From a bacterium (GTDB taxonomy: Bacteria; UBA8248): 64,000 nucleotides of DNA. The position numbers and the translations under genes were made by a program. Numbering within the stretch: position 1 is the first letter of the stretch; every line of letters starts with the position of its first letter. Positions 28,873-40,709 of this stretch are shown one piece after another. The notes below the pieces were generated by a model, which did not search any database, was not told the origin of the DNA, and saw nothing but the letters and a program-made list of their open reading frames with translations. The stretch lies in NCBI GenBank assembly GCA_963692865.2, contig OY843592.1, positions 1,888,001 to 1,952,000 of the forward strand, given 5' to 3'.

Positions 28873-31800
28873 CTACCAGCGCAATGAGCCGCGCAGCGCC
28901 ACGCCGTGGACGGGGTCGTCGTTCTCGCGCTCGCGCACGTCGCCCTCGACGCTCATGCTGAGGCGTTCGCCCATCCTGAAACGACCGCCCAGGCGGTAGG
29001 CGCCGCCGCCGTCCTCGGACACCGAAAGGCCCGCGTAAGGCGTGAGCAGGCCGCCCCAGGCGTCGAGCCCGTAGCCCACCTCCGCGCGCACGCGGGGGTC
29101 GAGGTCCCCGACTTCCCCTTTCGCCAGGCGCGAGGCGTCCTCGATGCCCCACAGCCGCTCGGCGCCGCCCGCCGTCTCGCCCACCGAGGGCCGCACGGTG
29201 AGCGCAAGCCCACGGCCCGCCTTCCCCGGAGCGAAGCGGATCATGCCGCCCACGCCCCAGTCGGTCACGTCTTCCTCTTCATGCGCGAGGAGCCCGCGCG
29301 CCTTGAGCTCCAGCGTGAGGCCCGAGGCCGGGTTCGTGAAGCGCAGGCCGCCGCCCACCTCCACGCCGACCCCCTCGTCCGCGTCGCCTCCGTCATGGCG
29401 AAGGCCCGCCTCCACCGAAGGCGTGAACGCGCCGCCGTTCTTCATCGCCACCTCGCGCGAGGCTTCGAGCATCACCCGGAGCCGCGTCGTCTCCGCCGAT
29501 ATCGCCTCGACCCCGTCGGCCGCGTCCGCGTCCGTCTGCGCCACCAGGACGTCGGACTTCACCGCCAGGTCGAACCCGCCCGTCTTCGTTAATTCTCCCC
29601 GAAGCCCGAACGCCGCCATGCGCATCTCGATGTCGGTCTCGGCTTCGACCTTCTTGTCGACGTCTTTCTCCTCCACTTCCAGCGTCATCTCTCCCTGGCC
29701 CATTCCCAGGATGCCCCACATCGAGAGCCGCTCGTTCGCCCGGTAGCGCAGGTAGGGGTGCGCGCTCGTGAGCGTCGCCTCCATCTCGCCGCTGCCCCCG
29801 TTCTCGAAGCCGCCCTCGCCCGTGGCGTGCGAGAGCGCGAGGCCCATGAGGACGCTGTCCTTCTCGTAGTCCATCCCCAGCATGGCCGTCGTCACGTCGC
29901 CTTGGGTAGCGGCCTCTCCGCCCTCGAAGCTCGTCCGCGACCCGCGGCCCCAGATCGACCAGCGGCCGGCCGCCTCCCCGGCGTCCTTCGCCGAGGCCAG
30001 GTGGAACGAACCGCCCGAGAGGAGTTCGCTCACCGTCGTCTCGCGGTAGGTCTCCGGGGCGTCGCGCCCCGTCAGCCGGTTCTCGGCCCTCAAGCGCGCG
30101 AGGCCGCCGGAACCCCCGCCGTCCTGGGCGAAGGAGACGAAGCCCGCGCCTTTCTTCATCAGGAGACGCTCGGGATCCTCATCGAGGTTCACCGTCTGCC
30201 CGCCGAGCGTCATCTTCGCCCCGCTCGGAGCGGGCGCGTTCAGGCGGCCGGCGATCATCTCCACCGCCTGGCCCGCCGCAGCCCGGCCGAAGCGCGCCAG
30301 CCAGCCCCGCGCCGCCGCAAGGCTCTCCTTCGAAAGCGGGTCCCCGTAGATGCCCGCGCCCACGATCATGGAGTCGGTTATCGGTCCGACGCCGGGGATG
30401 TTGAATGTGAATTCAGTCTGGCGCGCATAGGTCACCTTCGGCACGTCGGCGCTGTCGCTGTCGTCGGCGGGGTTGTCGAAATAATACTGCACGAAGCCGC
30501 CGCCGGGTTTCTTCGCCGCCTCGATGATCTGCGGCAGGATGAGCTTGCCGGTGACGACGTCCCGCAGGGTGTCCGTGGGCTTCTGGTATTCGAACCTGTT
30601 CGGAAACCCCGCGTGAAGGTGCGTGTAGCCGTTCGGGTCCATCACGAACAGGTAGACGGAGCCGTGCTTCCAGGGCGGTAGCCTCATGACGCTCCTCGCG
30701 ATGCCGATGGCTTCGGTGGGTCTCTTCTCCAGGATTTCTTCGATGAAGTATTTTATCGCCCCGTTCACGAATTTCTTGAGCGTCCGGCGGTCCACCACCT
30801 CGTCGGCGCTGACCTCCGGGTCCGCAGGCGGCAGGGTTTCCTCCCCGAAGTCGGAATCCTGCAGGTCCAGGCCGGCGAGCATGATACCGGGGATGTCGGC
30901 GCCGTAACCCACGGCGTAGCCGCCGCCCTGTATGGGGCCGCCTTCCGGCCTCGGAAAGGCGCGGGTTCTGAACACCTCAGCCAGTTGGGCGGGCAGGGTG
31001 GACGGGTCGCTGACGTCGAATCCGACCGCGGCGAGGATCGCCCCGAAAACCTCGGGCTTGAGCGGCCTGCCCCCCATCGATATGTCGTCCGCGTCGAAGC
31101 TCAACCTGCCGTCGAGAAGAGAGACGGCGGAGAGGTGGATGGGGCCTGCCTTCCAGGGGCCCTCGTTCCGGGTGATGCACCCCGCGTAGCCTCCTTCCTC
31201 TTGCCCCGTGACGCTGTTGAAATAGTCTCTCCCCGCCAGGGCGAAGGCCTTCAGGTTCTCCGCGCTCCCCGCCGCCTGCGCGGCCGTAACGCTTGGAGTC
31301 TCCAGCGGGTTCTTCGGGACGCCCTGGCGCGGGCAGACGTCCTCGGACACGCCGCCCGGGTCTTCGTAGATCCCCGCGCCGAAGATGATCGGGTATTCGA
31401 GCGGGCTGCCGTCCTGCCTCTGCCCCCGAATGACGTGCTGGACCGCATAGGTCACCTTGGGGACCGTGGCGCTGTCCGTGTCGTCGTCCGGGTTGTCGAA
31501 ATAATACTTCACGAAGCCGCCGTCGGGGTTGGCGGTCGCCGCCTGGATGATCTGCGGCAGGATGAGCTTGCCGGTGACGGCGTCCCGCAGGGTATTCGTG
31601 GGGGCCTGGAGCTCGTACTTGTCCGGGAACGCCCCGTGGAAGAGCGTGTAGCCGGTGGGCTCCATGATGAAGAGGTAGACGGGGCCGTGCCGCCAGGGTC
31701 CGTTCAGGTCCCGGAGGACGCTCTTCGCCTTCACGAAGGCGCCGTGGCCTTCGGTCCTGTAGAGCTGGAGGACGTAGTCCTTCGCTCCGTTCACGAAGGT

Positions 31801-33393
31801 CTTGAGCGTCGCGCGGTCCACCACCTGGTCGGCCCGGATCGGCGGATCGCCGGGGTCGACGGTTTCCGGCGCGAGGTGTTGTGATTCCCTGATGTCGAGG
31901 CCGGCGACCAGGATGCCCGTGCCGCCTCCGACGGTGCGCTTGAAGCCGACGGCGTAGCCGCCGCCGGGCAGGGCGCCGCCGGCCGGCTTCCCGAAGGCGC
32001 CCGTCGTTCCCAGGGCGGCCGCGCCGGTCGCGGCGGCTATCGCCCTCCAGACGGCGGCCTTGAGCGGCCTGCCGCTCAAGGCCATATTGCCCGAGTGAAA
32101 GATCACCCTGCCGTCGAGGGAAATGGTGGCGGCGTAGGTGGCGCCGGACTTCCAGGGGCCCTCATGCCTGAAGAGGCACCTGCTGTACGTCAATTCCGGC
32201 CCCACGCGGACGCTCGCCAGATACTGTTTCCCCGCCAGGGCGAAATTCTTCAGGTTCTCCGCGCTCCCCGCCGCCTGGGCGGCCGTGACGTCCGGGGTCT
32301 CCAGCGTATTCACCGCCACGCCCGCCGGGCGCGGGCAGACGGCCTCGGACACCGCGCCCGGGTCCCTGTAGATCCCCGCGCCGATGATGAATGAATTTCC
32401 AGTAACTTCATTCCTGAGACTGCGGGCGAAGGTCACCTTCGGCACGTCGGCGCTGTCCGTGTCGTCGTCGGGGTTGTCGAAATAGTACTGCACGAAGCCG
32501 CCGCCGGGTTTCTTCGCCGCCTCGATGATCTGCGGCAGGATGAGCTTGCCGGTGACGACGTCCCGCAAGGTGTCCGTGGGGGTGGCGAGTTCGTATCGCC
32601 CCGGATCCCCCCCGTGAAAGAACGTGTAGCCGCTTTCATCCATCAGGAACAGGTAGATTTCGCCGTGCCTCCAATGCTCGGTCCTGAAGACGCTCCTCAG
32701 TTTTGAAAAGGTGTTGCTGGGGTCACGGAAGAAGTTTCCCATGAAAGTCCTCGCCCCGTTCACGAAGGCCTCGAGCGTCGCGCGGTCCACCACGTCCCTG
32801 GCCGTTACGGCCGGGATGGCGCCCGGGTCGAGGACTTCCTCCATCAGGCTGGATTCCTGGATATCGAGGCCGGCCACCACGATGTGCGGGAAGTTGGAAA
32901 GGCCGTCTATATAACCGACCGCATGCCCGCCTCCCGGCAAAGCGCCGCCGTCCGGATTGCTGAAACCCCTTTGAGTCAAACCGGCCGCGCCGGCGATCTG
33001 TCCCCAAAGGGCGGGGTTGAGCCGCCTGCCCCCGAGATTCGCATTGTTCGGGTGAAAGAGCAGTCTCCCGTCCGGAGTCAGGCCCGTGACGTAGATGGAG
33101 CCGGAATTCCAGTTCGGATGATTCTTGAAAAGACACAAAACGTATGAATTCGCAGGAAACGTCCTGGAACTCGCTATCAGGTCTTTCCCCGCCAGGGCGA
33201 AGGCCTTGAGGTTCGCGGCCGTGGGGTTCGCCGCCGCCTGGGCGGCCGTGACGCTCGGGGTCTCCAACGGATTCGGGTCGACGCCCGACGGGCGCGGGCA
33301 GGACGCCTGCGCGAAGGCGGCGGGCGCGCCGGACAGAACGCCGGCCAGCGCAAGGATGAGCGCGGTCAAAACCATTCGTCTCGGAAATTTCAT
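28873..33393 (-). CDS. Autotransporter-like outer-membrane protein with three tandem ~330-aa Cache-containing repeats
   Basis: Signal peptide; three CPR..ETP.VTAAQAA units, each ending in an sCache_2-like module (YLF.M...GYT..H..,GGFV.YYFDNP, PKVT, GAGIY); WLARFGR linker; amphipathic beta strands (GLRHDGGDA, EVGYG) ending in LRW. Confidence 0.82.
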   Translation of the reverse strand: MKFPRRMVLTALILALAGVLSGAPAAFAQASCPRPSGVDPNPLETPSVTAAQAAANPTAANLKAFALAGKDLIASSRTFPANSYVLCLFKNHPNWNSGSIYVTGLTPDGRLLFHPNNANLGGRRLNPALWGQIAGAAGLTQRGFSNPDGGALPGGGHAVGYIDGLSNFPHIVVAGLDIQESSLMEEVLDPGAIPAVTARDVVDRATLEAFVNGARTFMGNFFRDPSNTFSKLRSVFRTEHWRHGEIYLFLMDESGYTFFHGGDPGRYELATPTDTLRDVVTGKLILPQIIEAAKKPGGGFVQYYFDNPDDDTDSADVPKVTFARSLRNEVTGNSFIIGAGIYRDPGAVSEAVCPRPAGVAVNTLETPDVTAAQAAGSAENLKNFALAGKQYLASVRVGPELTYSRCLFRHEGPWKSGATYAATISLDGRVIFHSGNMALSGRPLKAAVWRAIAAATGAAALGTTGAFGKPAGGALPGGGYAVGFKRTVGGGTGILVAGLDIRESQHLAPETVDPGDPPIRADQVVDRATLKTFVNGAKDYVLQLYRTEGHGAFVKAKSVLRDLNGPWRHGPVYLFIMEPTGYTLFHGAFPDKYELQAPTNTLRDAVTGKLILPQIIQAATANPDGGFVKYYFDNPDDDTDSATVPKVTYAVQHVIRGQRQDGSPLEYPIIFGAGIYEDPGGVSEDVCPRQGVPKNPLETPSVTAAQAAGSAENLKAFALAGRDYFNSVTGQEEGGYAGCITRNEGPWKAGPIHLSAVSLLDGRLSFDADDISMGGRPLKPEVFGAILAAVGFDVSDPSTLPAQLAEVFRTRAFPRPEGGPIQGGGYAVGYGADIPGIMLAGLDLQDSDFGEETLPPADPEVSADEVVDRRTLKKFVNGAIKYFIEEILEKRPTEAIGIARSVMRLPPWKHGSVYLFVMDPNGYTHLHAGFPNRFEYQKPTDTLRDVVTGKLILPQIIEAAKKPGGGFVQYYFDNPADDSDSADVPKVTYARQTEFTFNIPGVGPITDSMIVGAGIYGDPLSKESLAAARGWLARFGRAAAGQAVEMIAGRLNAPAPSGAKMTLGGQTVNLDEDPERLLMKKGAGFVSFAQDGGGSGGLARLRAENRLTGRDAPETYRETTVSELLSGGSFHLASAKDAGEAAGRWSIWGRGSRTSFEGGEAATQGDVTTAMLGMDYEKDSVLMGLALSHATGEGGFENGGSGEMEATLTSAHPYLRYRANERLSMWGILGMGQGEMTLEVEEKDVDKKVEAETDIEMRMAAFGLRGELTKTGGFDLAVKSDVLVAQTDADAADGVEAISAETTRLRVMLEASREVAMKNGGAFTPSVEAGLRHDGGDADEGVGVEVGGGLRFTNPASGLTLELKARGLLAHEEEDVTDWGVGGMIRFAPGKAGRGLALTVRPSVGETAGGAERLWGIEDASRLAKGEVGDLDPRVRAEVGYGLDAWGGLLTPYAGLSVSEDGGGAYRLGGRFRMGERLSMSVEGDVRERENDDPVHGVALRGSLRW

Positions 33394-33694
33394 CGTGGGG
33401 CCTCCTGAGCCGAGCCCGCTTCATCGGGGCGGGAGCGGGACACGCTGTTTTCTTTCCAGAAGCGGAAAAGCGAGCGCGATAGTATGTCAACAAATTCGAA
33501 TGCGTTCAGATTACGCCAGAGAGCGCGTGGAGGCAAGTTTTTTCGGAAGTGGGCCGCGAGGGTGGTGCGAGCGCAAATAATCCCATGATATGGCATGATC
33601 GGACGATCAAAAGCGCAATATGTTGTGGTTGCGCTTGACATGTTCTTCGGGATGGGAGAAAGTGCGCTTTCAGGCCCATACACGAGGACCCCCC

Positions 33695-35590
33695 ATGACG
33701 AAAGAGACCCGCATACGCATACTGCCCGAGTCGCTCGCGAACCGGATCGCCGCGGGCGAGGTGGTGCAGCGCCCCGCCTCCGCCTTGAAGGAACTGGTGG
33801 AGAACAGCATCGACGCGGGCGCCTCCCGCGTGGAAATCGACCTGGAATCCGGCGGCGCCGCGCGCGTGCAGGTCGTCGACGACGGCCACGGCATGAGCGA
33901 GGACGACGCGCTGTTGTGTCTCGAGCGCCACGCGACGAGCAAGATAGCCACGGATTGGGACCTGGACCGCATCTCCACCCTGGGCTTCAGGGGCGAGGCG
34001 CTGCCGAGCATCGCCGCCGTTTCGAAGATGACCATCACCACGAGGAGGCCGGGAGACGCCTTGGGGACCGAGGTGCGCGTGGAGGGCGGCAAACTGCAGC
34101 GCGTCACCGAGATGGGCGCGGCGCCCGGCGCAAGGGTCGAGGTGCGCTCGTTGTTCTACAACGTGCCCGCGAGGCGCAAATTCCTGAAACGAAAAGAGAC
34201 CGAGCTCGTCCGCTGCCTGGAAGTGGCGAACCAGGCGGCCATGGCGAACCCGAACGTTTCGTTCGTCCTGCGCCACGGGCGGAGGACGCTGCTCGACCTG
34301 GACGGCTCCGGAGGGCTCCTGGCCCGAGCCGCCCAACTCGTGGGCGAGGCGGCGGCCTCTCATCTACTCAAGATTCCCCGCGCCGCGGCGGAGAACATAA
34401 CGTTCGGCGGCTGGGCGGGCGCGCCGGGGCTCAACCGCTCCACGCGCGACGCGCAGTATCTCTTCGTGAACGGACGCCCCATCCGGGACCGTCTTTTCGT
34501 CCACGCGGCGTATGCGGCCTACCGCAGCTTCCTGCCGGTGAAGCGTCACCCCGTCTTCATCCTCTTTCTGGACATGCCGCCCGAGGACGTGGACGTGAAC
34601 GTCCACCCCGCCAAGCAGGAGGTGCGCTTCCGCTTCGCGTCGGGCGTCTACGACCTCGTGCGCGAGAGCGTCGCCGCCGTGCTGGGCGCGCGGCCCGAGC
34701 GGGCGCGGCGCGATTTTGCCCACCAGGGCGCAGGCCGCGCGGCGGGGAACGCTACGCATTCGGAGGCGGCCGGTCCCGCCGGGGAGGAATCTTCCATCCC
34801 GCCGTCGACGCCCGCTTTGCTGGGCGGCGGGGGATATTTTGGAGACCGCTCCGCCGCCGGGGGGTACGGCGTCTCGGAGGCGGAGCCCGCGGCCGGCGTC
34901 GAAGGGTCGGCCTCCGCTCCGCCCCCGCCTGCGAGTTCCCCGCCCGAATCCCAGGCGCCCTCGCCGATTGAGCGTATGCTCGAACCCCCCCATCCGTCCG
35001 ATCCGGTCGTTCTCTCCGAATGCCGCTACCTCGGCCAGTGGGAGGAATGCTTTTTGCTGTTCGCCTCCCCGCAGGGGCTGGTGCTCGTCGATCAGCACGC
35101 CGCGCATGAGCGCGTGCTCTACAACCGCTTCCGCGACCAGTTCCGGGAGGGCCGCGTGGACAGCCAGGCGTGCCTGGTGCCCGAGGAGATACGGCTCCGC
35201 CCCGAGGAGGCGCTCGGCATCGAGGCGCACCACGAGGATCTGCTGCGCTCGGGCTTCGAACTCGAGTGCGCGGCTCCCGGGGAATACCGGATTCGCGCCG
35301 TGCCCGCGCTCCTCGCGGACAGGGATCCCGCAGGCGCGGTGCGTCAGGTCGCGGAGGGTCTGGCGGATATGGAGCAGCCCGTGAGCTTCGCGGATCTCAT
35401 CGACGGCATCATCGCGAGGATGAGTTGCAAGGGCGCGGTGAAGGCGGCGCAGGCCATGCGCCCCGAGCAGGCGGCCGCTCTCGTCGAGGAGCTCGAAAAG
35501 ACGCCGGGCAGGTGGACGTGCCCGCACGGGCGGCCCGTTATGCTCGTGATGGGCGCAGACCCCGTGAAGAGGCGCTTTCTCAGGAGTTGA
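33695..35590 (+). CDS. mutL: DNA mismatch repair protein MutL
   Basis: IAAGEVVQRPAS, HATSKI, GFRGEALPSI, DQHAAHER, CPHGRP. Confidence 0.97.
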   Translation: MTKETRIRILPESLANRIAAGEVVQRPASALKELVENSIDAGASRVEIDLESGGAARVQVVDDGHGMSEDDALLCLERHATSKIATDWDLDRISTLGFRGEALPSIAAVSKMTITTRRPGDALGTEVRVEGGKLQRVTEMGAAPGARVEVRSLFYNVPARRKFLKRKETELVRCLEVANQAAMANPNVSFVLRHGRRTLLDLDGSGGLLARAAQLVGEAAASHLLKIPRAAAENITFGGWAGAPGLNRSTRDAQYLFVNGRPIRDRLFVHAAYAAYRSFLPVKRHPVFILFLDMPPEDVDVNVHPAKQEVRFRFASGVYDLVRESVAAVLGARPERARRDFAHQGAGRAAGNATHSEAAGPAGEESSIPPSTPALLGGGGYFGDRSAAGGYGVSEAEPAAGVEGSASAPPPPASSPPESQAPSPIERMLEPPHPSDPVVLSECRYLGQWEECFLLFASPQGLVLVDQHAAHERVLYNRFRDQFREGRVDSQACLVPEEIRLRPEEALGIEAHHEDLLRSGFELECAAPGEYRIRAVPALLADRDPAGAVRQVAEGLADMEQPVSFADLIDGIIARMSCKGAVKAAQAMRPEQAAALVEELEKTPGRWTCPHGRPVMLVMGADPVKRRFLRS

Positions 35591-35708
35591 GCCGATTTTT
35601 CGCGCAAGGAGCCGGTAACGCTCTTGACACCCGCGCCCGCGCGCAACACAATGGCGAGGCAAGAAAAAGGGGGTCATCGAGGGAATCTTTGATGCCGCAT
35701 CCTTTTGA

Positions 35709-37388
<1,680 letters not shown>

Positions 37389-37626
37389 TTGACGGAGCGT
37401 CGTCCGGGCCGATGCCCGGCGGCGCCGGAGAGGGCATGCGCCTGCGGACGAGCGCCTGCCCCGCGTGGAAAGTCGCCCGGTGCCCGTGAGAACGGACGCG
37501 CCGGATCGTCGGGGGATCATGGGGGTTCCGATTCGTCCGGCGCCGGGGTTGTCGGCCGATTGCCCGCCTTGAGAGCGGGCCTTAAAGTGGAGGGGGGAGG
37601 GGCGGTTCGTTCCGCTTTGTCCTGAA

Positions 37627-39162
37627 ATGAAGATGCGCGATCAGATACTCATCCTCGATTTCGGCTCCCAGTACACGCAGCTCATCGCCCGGCGCGTGCG
37701 GGAGTTGAACGTGTACTGCGAGATTCACCCGTGCACCCGCGACTGGCGCGAGGTGACGGGTCCGCACACCAGGGGCGTCATCCTGTCGGGCGGGCCGAGC
37801 AGCGTGTACGAGAACGGCTCCCCCTCGGTCGACCCCGCGCTGTTCGAGAGCGACCTCCCGGTTCTGGGCATCTGCTACGGCATGCAGCTCATGACCCACC
37901 TCCTCGGCGGGAAGGTCGGCCCCTACGCCAAGAGGGAGTTCGGACGCGCCGAGGTGGTGGTCGAGGAGCCCGTCGGCATCTTTCTCGGTTCGGGCGGCGC
38001 GGAGACCGTCTGGATGAGCCACGGCGACACGATAGAGGCGCCGCCGCCCGGCTACAGGCCGCTCGCGCGCTCGGAGGGCTCCCCGGTGGCGGCGATGATG
38101 TCCGACGACGGGCGGCGCTACGGCATACAGTTTCACCCCGAAGTGGCCCACACCCCGAGAGGCAAGGAGATTCTGTACAACTTCGTGCGCAGGGTTTGCG
38201 GATGCGCGGGCGACTGGACGATGCGCTCCTTCATCGAGGAGGCGGTCGAGCGCATCAGGCGCCAGGTGGGGGACAGGCGCGTGGTGTGCGGCCTCTCGGG
38301 CGGTGTGGATTCCTCCGTCACGGCGATGCTCGTCAAGGAAGCGATAGGCGAGCGGCTCACCTGCATCTTCGTGGACAACGGCCTGCTCCGCAAGAACGAG
38401 GCCGCACAGGTGGTGGAGACCTTCGGCGGGAGGCTCGACCTCGTGCACGCGGACGCGAGCCGGGATTTTTTGAACGCGCTGCGCGGCGTCACGCACCCCG
38501 AGGCCAAGAGGAAGAGGATCGGCGAGATGTTCATCCGGGTGTTCGAGCGCGAGGCGAGGAAGCTGGGCGACGTGAAGTTCCTGGCCCAGGGAACGCTCTA
38601 CCCCGACGTCATCGAGAGCGTCTCGTTCAAGGGGCCTTCGGCGACCATCAAGAGCCACCACAACGTGGGCGGGCTGCCCAAATGGATGCGGTTCGCGCTC
38701 ATCGAACCCCTGCGCGAGTTGTTCAAGGACGAGGTGCGCGAGGCGGGCGAGGCGTTGGGACTGCCCCGCGAGATGCTCTGGCGCCACCCGTTCCCCGGGC
38801 CGGGCCTCGCCGTGCGCGTCCTGGGCGAGGTGACGGAGAAGCGCGTGCAGACCCTCCAGGAGGCGGACGCCATCTTCATCGAAACGCTCCACAAGCACGA
38901 TTGCTACTACAAGGTCTGGCAGGCGTTCGCCGTGCTGCTGCCCGTGAACACCGTGGGCGTGATGGGCGACGCGAGGACGTATGAGAACGCCCTCGCGCTC
39001 CGGGCCGTCACCAGCCAGGACGGGATGACGGCGGACTGGGCCAGGCTGCCCCCCGATTTGCTGGCCGAGGCCTCATCGCGCATCATCAACGAGGTGCGCG
39101 GGGTGAACCGCGTGGTCTACGACGTCTCCTCCAAGCCGCCGGGCACGATTGAGTGGGAGTGA
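37627..39162 (+). CDS. guaA: GMP synthase (glutamine-hydrolysing)
   Basis: [41 protein letters not shown]. Confidence 0.98.
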   Translation: MKMRDQILILDFGSQYTQLIARRVRELNVYCEIHPCTRDWREVTGPHTRGVILSGGPSSVYENGSPSVDPALFESDLPVLGICYGMQLMTHLLGGKVGPYAKREFGRAEVVVEEPVGIFLGSGGAETVWMSHGDTIEAPPPGYRPLARSEGSPVAAMMSDDGRRYGIQFHPEVAHTPRGKEILYNFVRRVCGCAGDWTMRSFIEEAVERIRRQVGDRRVVCGLSGGVDSSVTAMLVKEAIGERLTCIFVDNGLLRKNEAAQVVETFGGRLDLVHADASRDFLNALRGVTHPEAKRKRIGEMFIRVFEREARKLGDVKFLAQGTLYPDVIESVSFKGPSATIKSHHNVGGLPKWMRFALIEPLRELFKDEVREAGEALGLPREMLWRHPFPGPGLAVRVLGEVTEKRVQTLQEADAIFIETLHKHDCYYKVWQAFAVLLPVNTVGVMGDARTYENALALRAVTSQDGMTADWARLPPDLLAEASSRIINEVRGVNRVVYDVSSKPPGTIEWE

Positions 39163-39198
39163 TTAAAACCCTTATAAATCAATAGTTTGGAGAACGGA

Positions 39199-39948
39199 CT
39201 ATTTTTTCTTCTTTTCCACCAGCCTGATTTTGTCGATATCCAGAATGGAGATTCTCTCGCCGGCCGCCCCTTCATCGCCGGGCCGGTAAATCCCGAACTT
39301 GAAATGCGGCTCTCCGCATGACTCCACATCAAAAGTTGATTCGTCCATAATTTTTTCGTCATCAAGATACAGGTTGTATTTCGAGTTTGAAAAATTAAAC
39401 TCCAGCTTTACGTCAATCCATTTCCCGATAACCTCATTGATGCTCACCTTCCTTTTCAAGCGCTTATGCCGATGTCTGGCCGTCAAGCGCCCATTCGAAA
39501 ATTTGAACATCATGGGAGGGCCGACTCTGCAACCTTGTACGCCTTGGTGCATTTGAAAAAAGTCTTCTCTTTCGAAGGCAAATCCTTTTACGAATCTGGC
39601 CCTGAAGGTCAGCGTATAGCCTGCATCTTTTTTCAAAGTACTCGCCTGTTTTATCTCCGCGCGCTCCCAATACGGCGCGCCGTGCCTGGCGATGCCGTCG
39701 GAACTGCATCCTCCTACCTGCTTGTTTTTGAGCGTAAAGCGCAGGAACGTCTCTTTTCCTTCCGTCGCCCATCGTACGGAATTAGAATCCGGGAGGGCGC
39801 AATTTTCGTAAAACTCGATGTTCCAGTCGCTGTCCTGGTAGGTTGTCCTGCTACCTGTGTCGAAATACCCTGCGGGTGAAATCATGTCCGATGAAGTTTT
39901 ACATCCCGCCAAAAAGACGATAATAATCAGAAGAAGAAAGTTGCGCAT
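39199..39948 (-). CDS. Lipoprotein with polysaccharide-lyase-like (beta-jelly-roll) domain
   Basis: LAGC lipobox; ERAEI, FFQMHQ, GKWIDV, FKFGIYR motifs; low GC. Confidence 0.65.
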   Translation of the reverse strand: MRNFLLLIIIVFLAGCKTSSDMISPAGYFDTGSRTTYQDSDWNIEFYENCALPDSNSVRWATEGKETFLRFTLKNKQVGGCSSDGIARHGAPYWERAEIKQASTLKKDAGYTLTFRARFVKGFAFEREDFFQMHQGVQGCRVGPPMMFKFSNGRLTARHRHKRLKRKVSINEVIGKWIDVKLEFNFSNSKYNLYLDDEKIMDESTFDVESCGEPHFKFGIYRPGDEGAAGERISILDIDKIRLVEKKKK

Positions 39949-40142
39949 TTTCCCCCCGGATTTCATTGAGTATTTGGAATGGGGCGCTTGCCTGAAATTT
40001 AGATGTCTTGGATAACAAAAGCAAATAAATGGGGCAGCGCAAGGTTTCATGCTTTTGAATCAGGTAATTGCAATGGGTCTGTCCGTTTTTCCAGCGTAAA
40101 GCTCGCCGCCGCGTCTGAAATTTTCTTCGGGAGCCGCCAGAA

Positions 40143-40691
40143 ATGTATCGCAAGTTGAATACCTCGCTCGCAGTGATTCCGCTCTTTTTGCTTGGCTTGC
40201 TTCTCGCAGGAGCGGGCGCCCATGCCCATGAGGCGAATTATCCCCACCTGCACGTCGCCCAGAGCGGCCACGGGGAGAAAGGGCACGGGCATCATACGAA
40301 AAGGCCCGCCGGGGTGAAGAAGGGCCACGGAGGGATGAAGCATTCCGTCAAAGTGGTTCCCGCCGATTACAAGAACCCGCCGAGCGTGAAGATACGCCTG
40401 GAAAGAGATGCGCACACTAAAGCCGCGCTCAATCTGTTCCTCGAACTCAGGAATTTCCGTTTCGCGCCCGAGGAGGTCAACAGGACTTCCAAAATCAACG
40501 AGGGCCACGCGCACCTGTACCTGAACGGGGAGAAGCTGACGAGACTCTATGCGGCTTCCTATTTCATGGACAAGCTGCCGAAGGGGAATCTGGAGATAAG
40601 GGTTACGCTGAACACGAACACCCATGAAGACCTGACCTACAAGGGAAAGCCCGTTCAGGCCGTCGTGGTGATCGAGGATTTCAACAACTAG
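40143..40691 (+). CDS. Exported His-rich putative metal-binding protein
   Basis: Signal peptide, His-rich N-terminus, EGHAHLYLNG and NTHED. Confidence 0.65.
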   Translation: MYRKLNTSLAVIPLFLLGLLLAGAGAHAHEANYPHLHVAQSGHGEKGHGHHTKRPAGVKKGHGGMKHSVKVVPADYKNPPSVKIRLERDAHTKAALNLFLELRNFRFAPEEVNRTSKINEGHAHLYLNGEKLTRLYAASYFMDKLPKGNLEIRVTLNTNTHEDLTYKGKPVQAVVVIEDFNN

Positions 40692-40709
40692 GGGCGGAGA
40701 GACGAAACT

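Noticed and set aside
34720-35000. Ala/Pro/Gly/Ser-rich segment in mutL as an insertion element
   Set aside because: It corresponds to the normal variable MutL interdomain linker.
37389-37625. 78-aa ORF or riboswitch between guaB and guaA
   Set aside because: No RBS, low-complexity peptide, and no recognisable purine riboswitch core.
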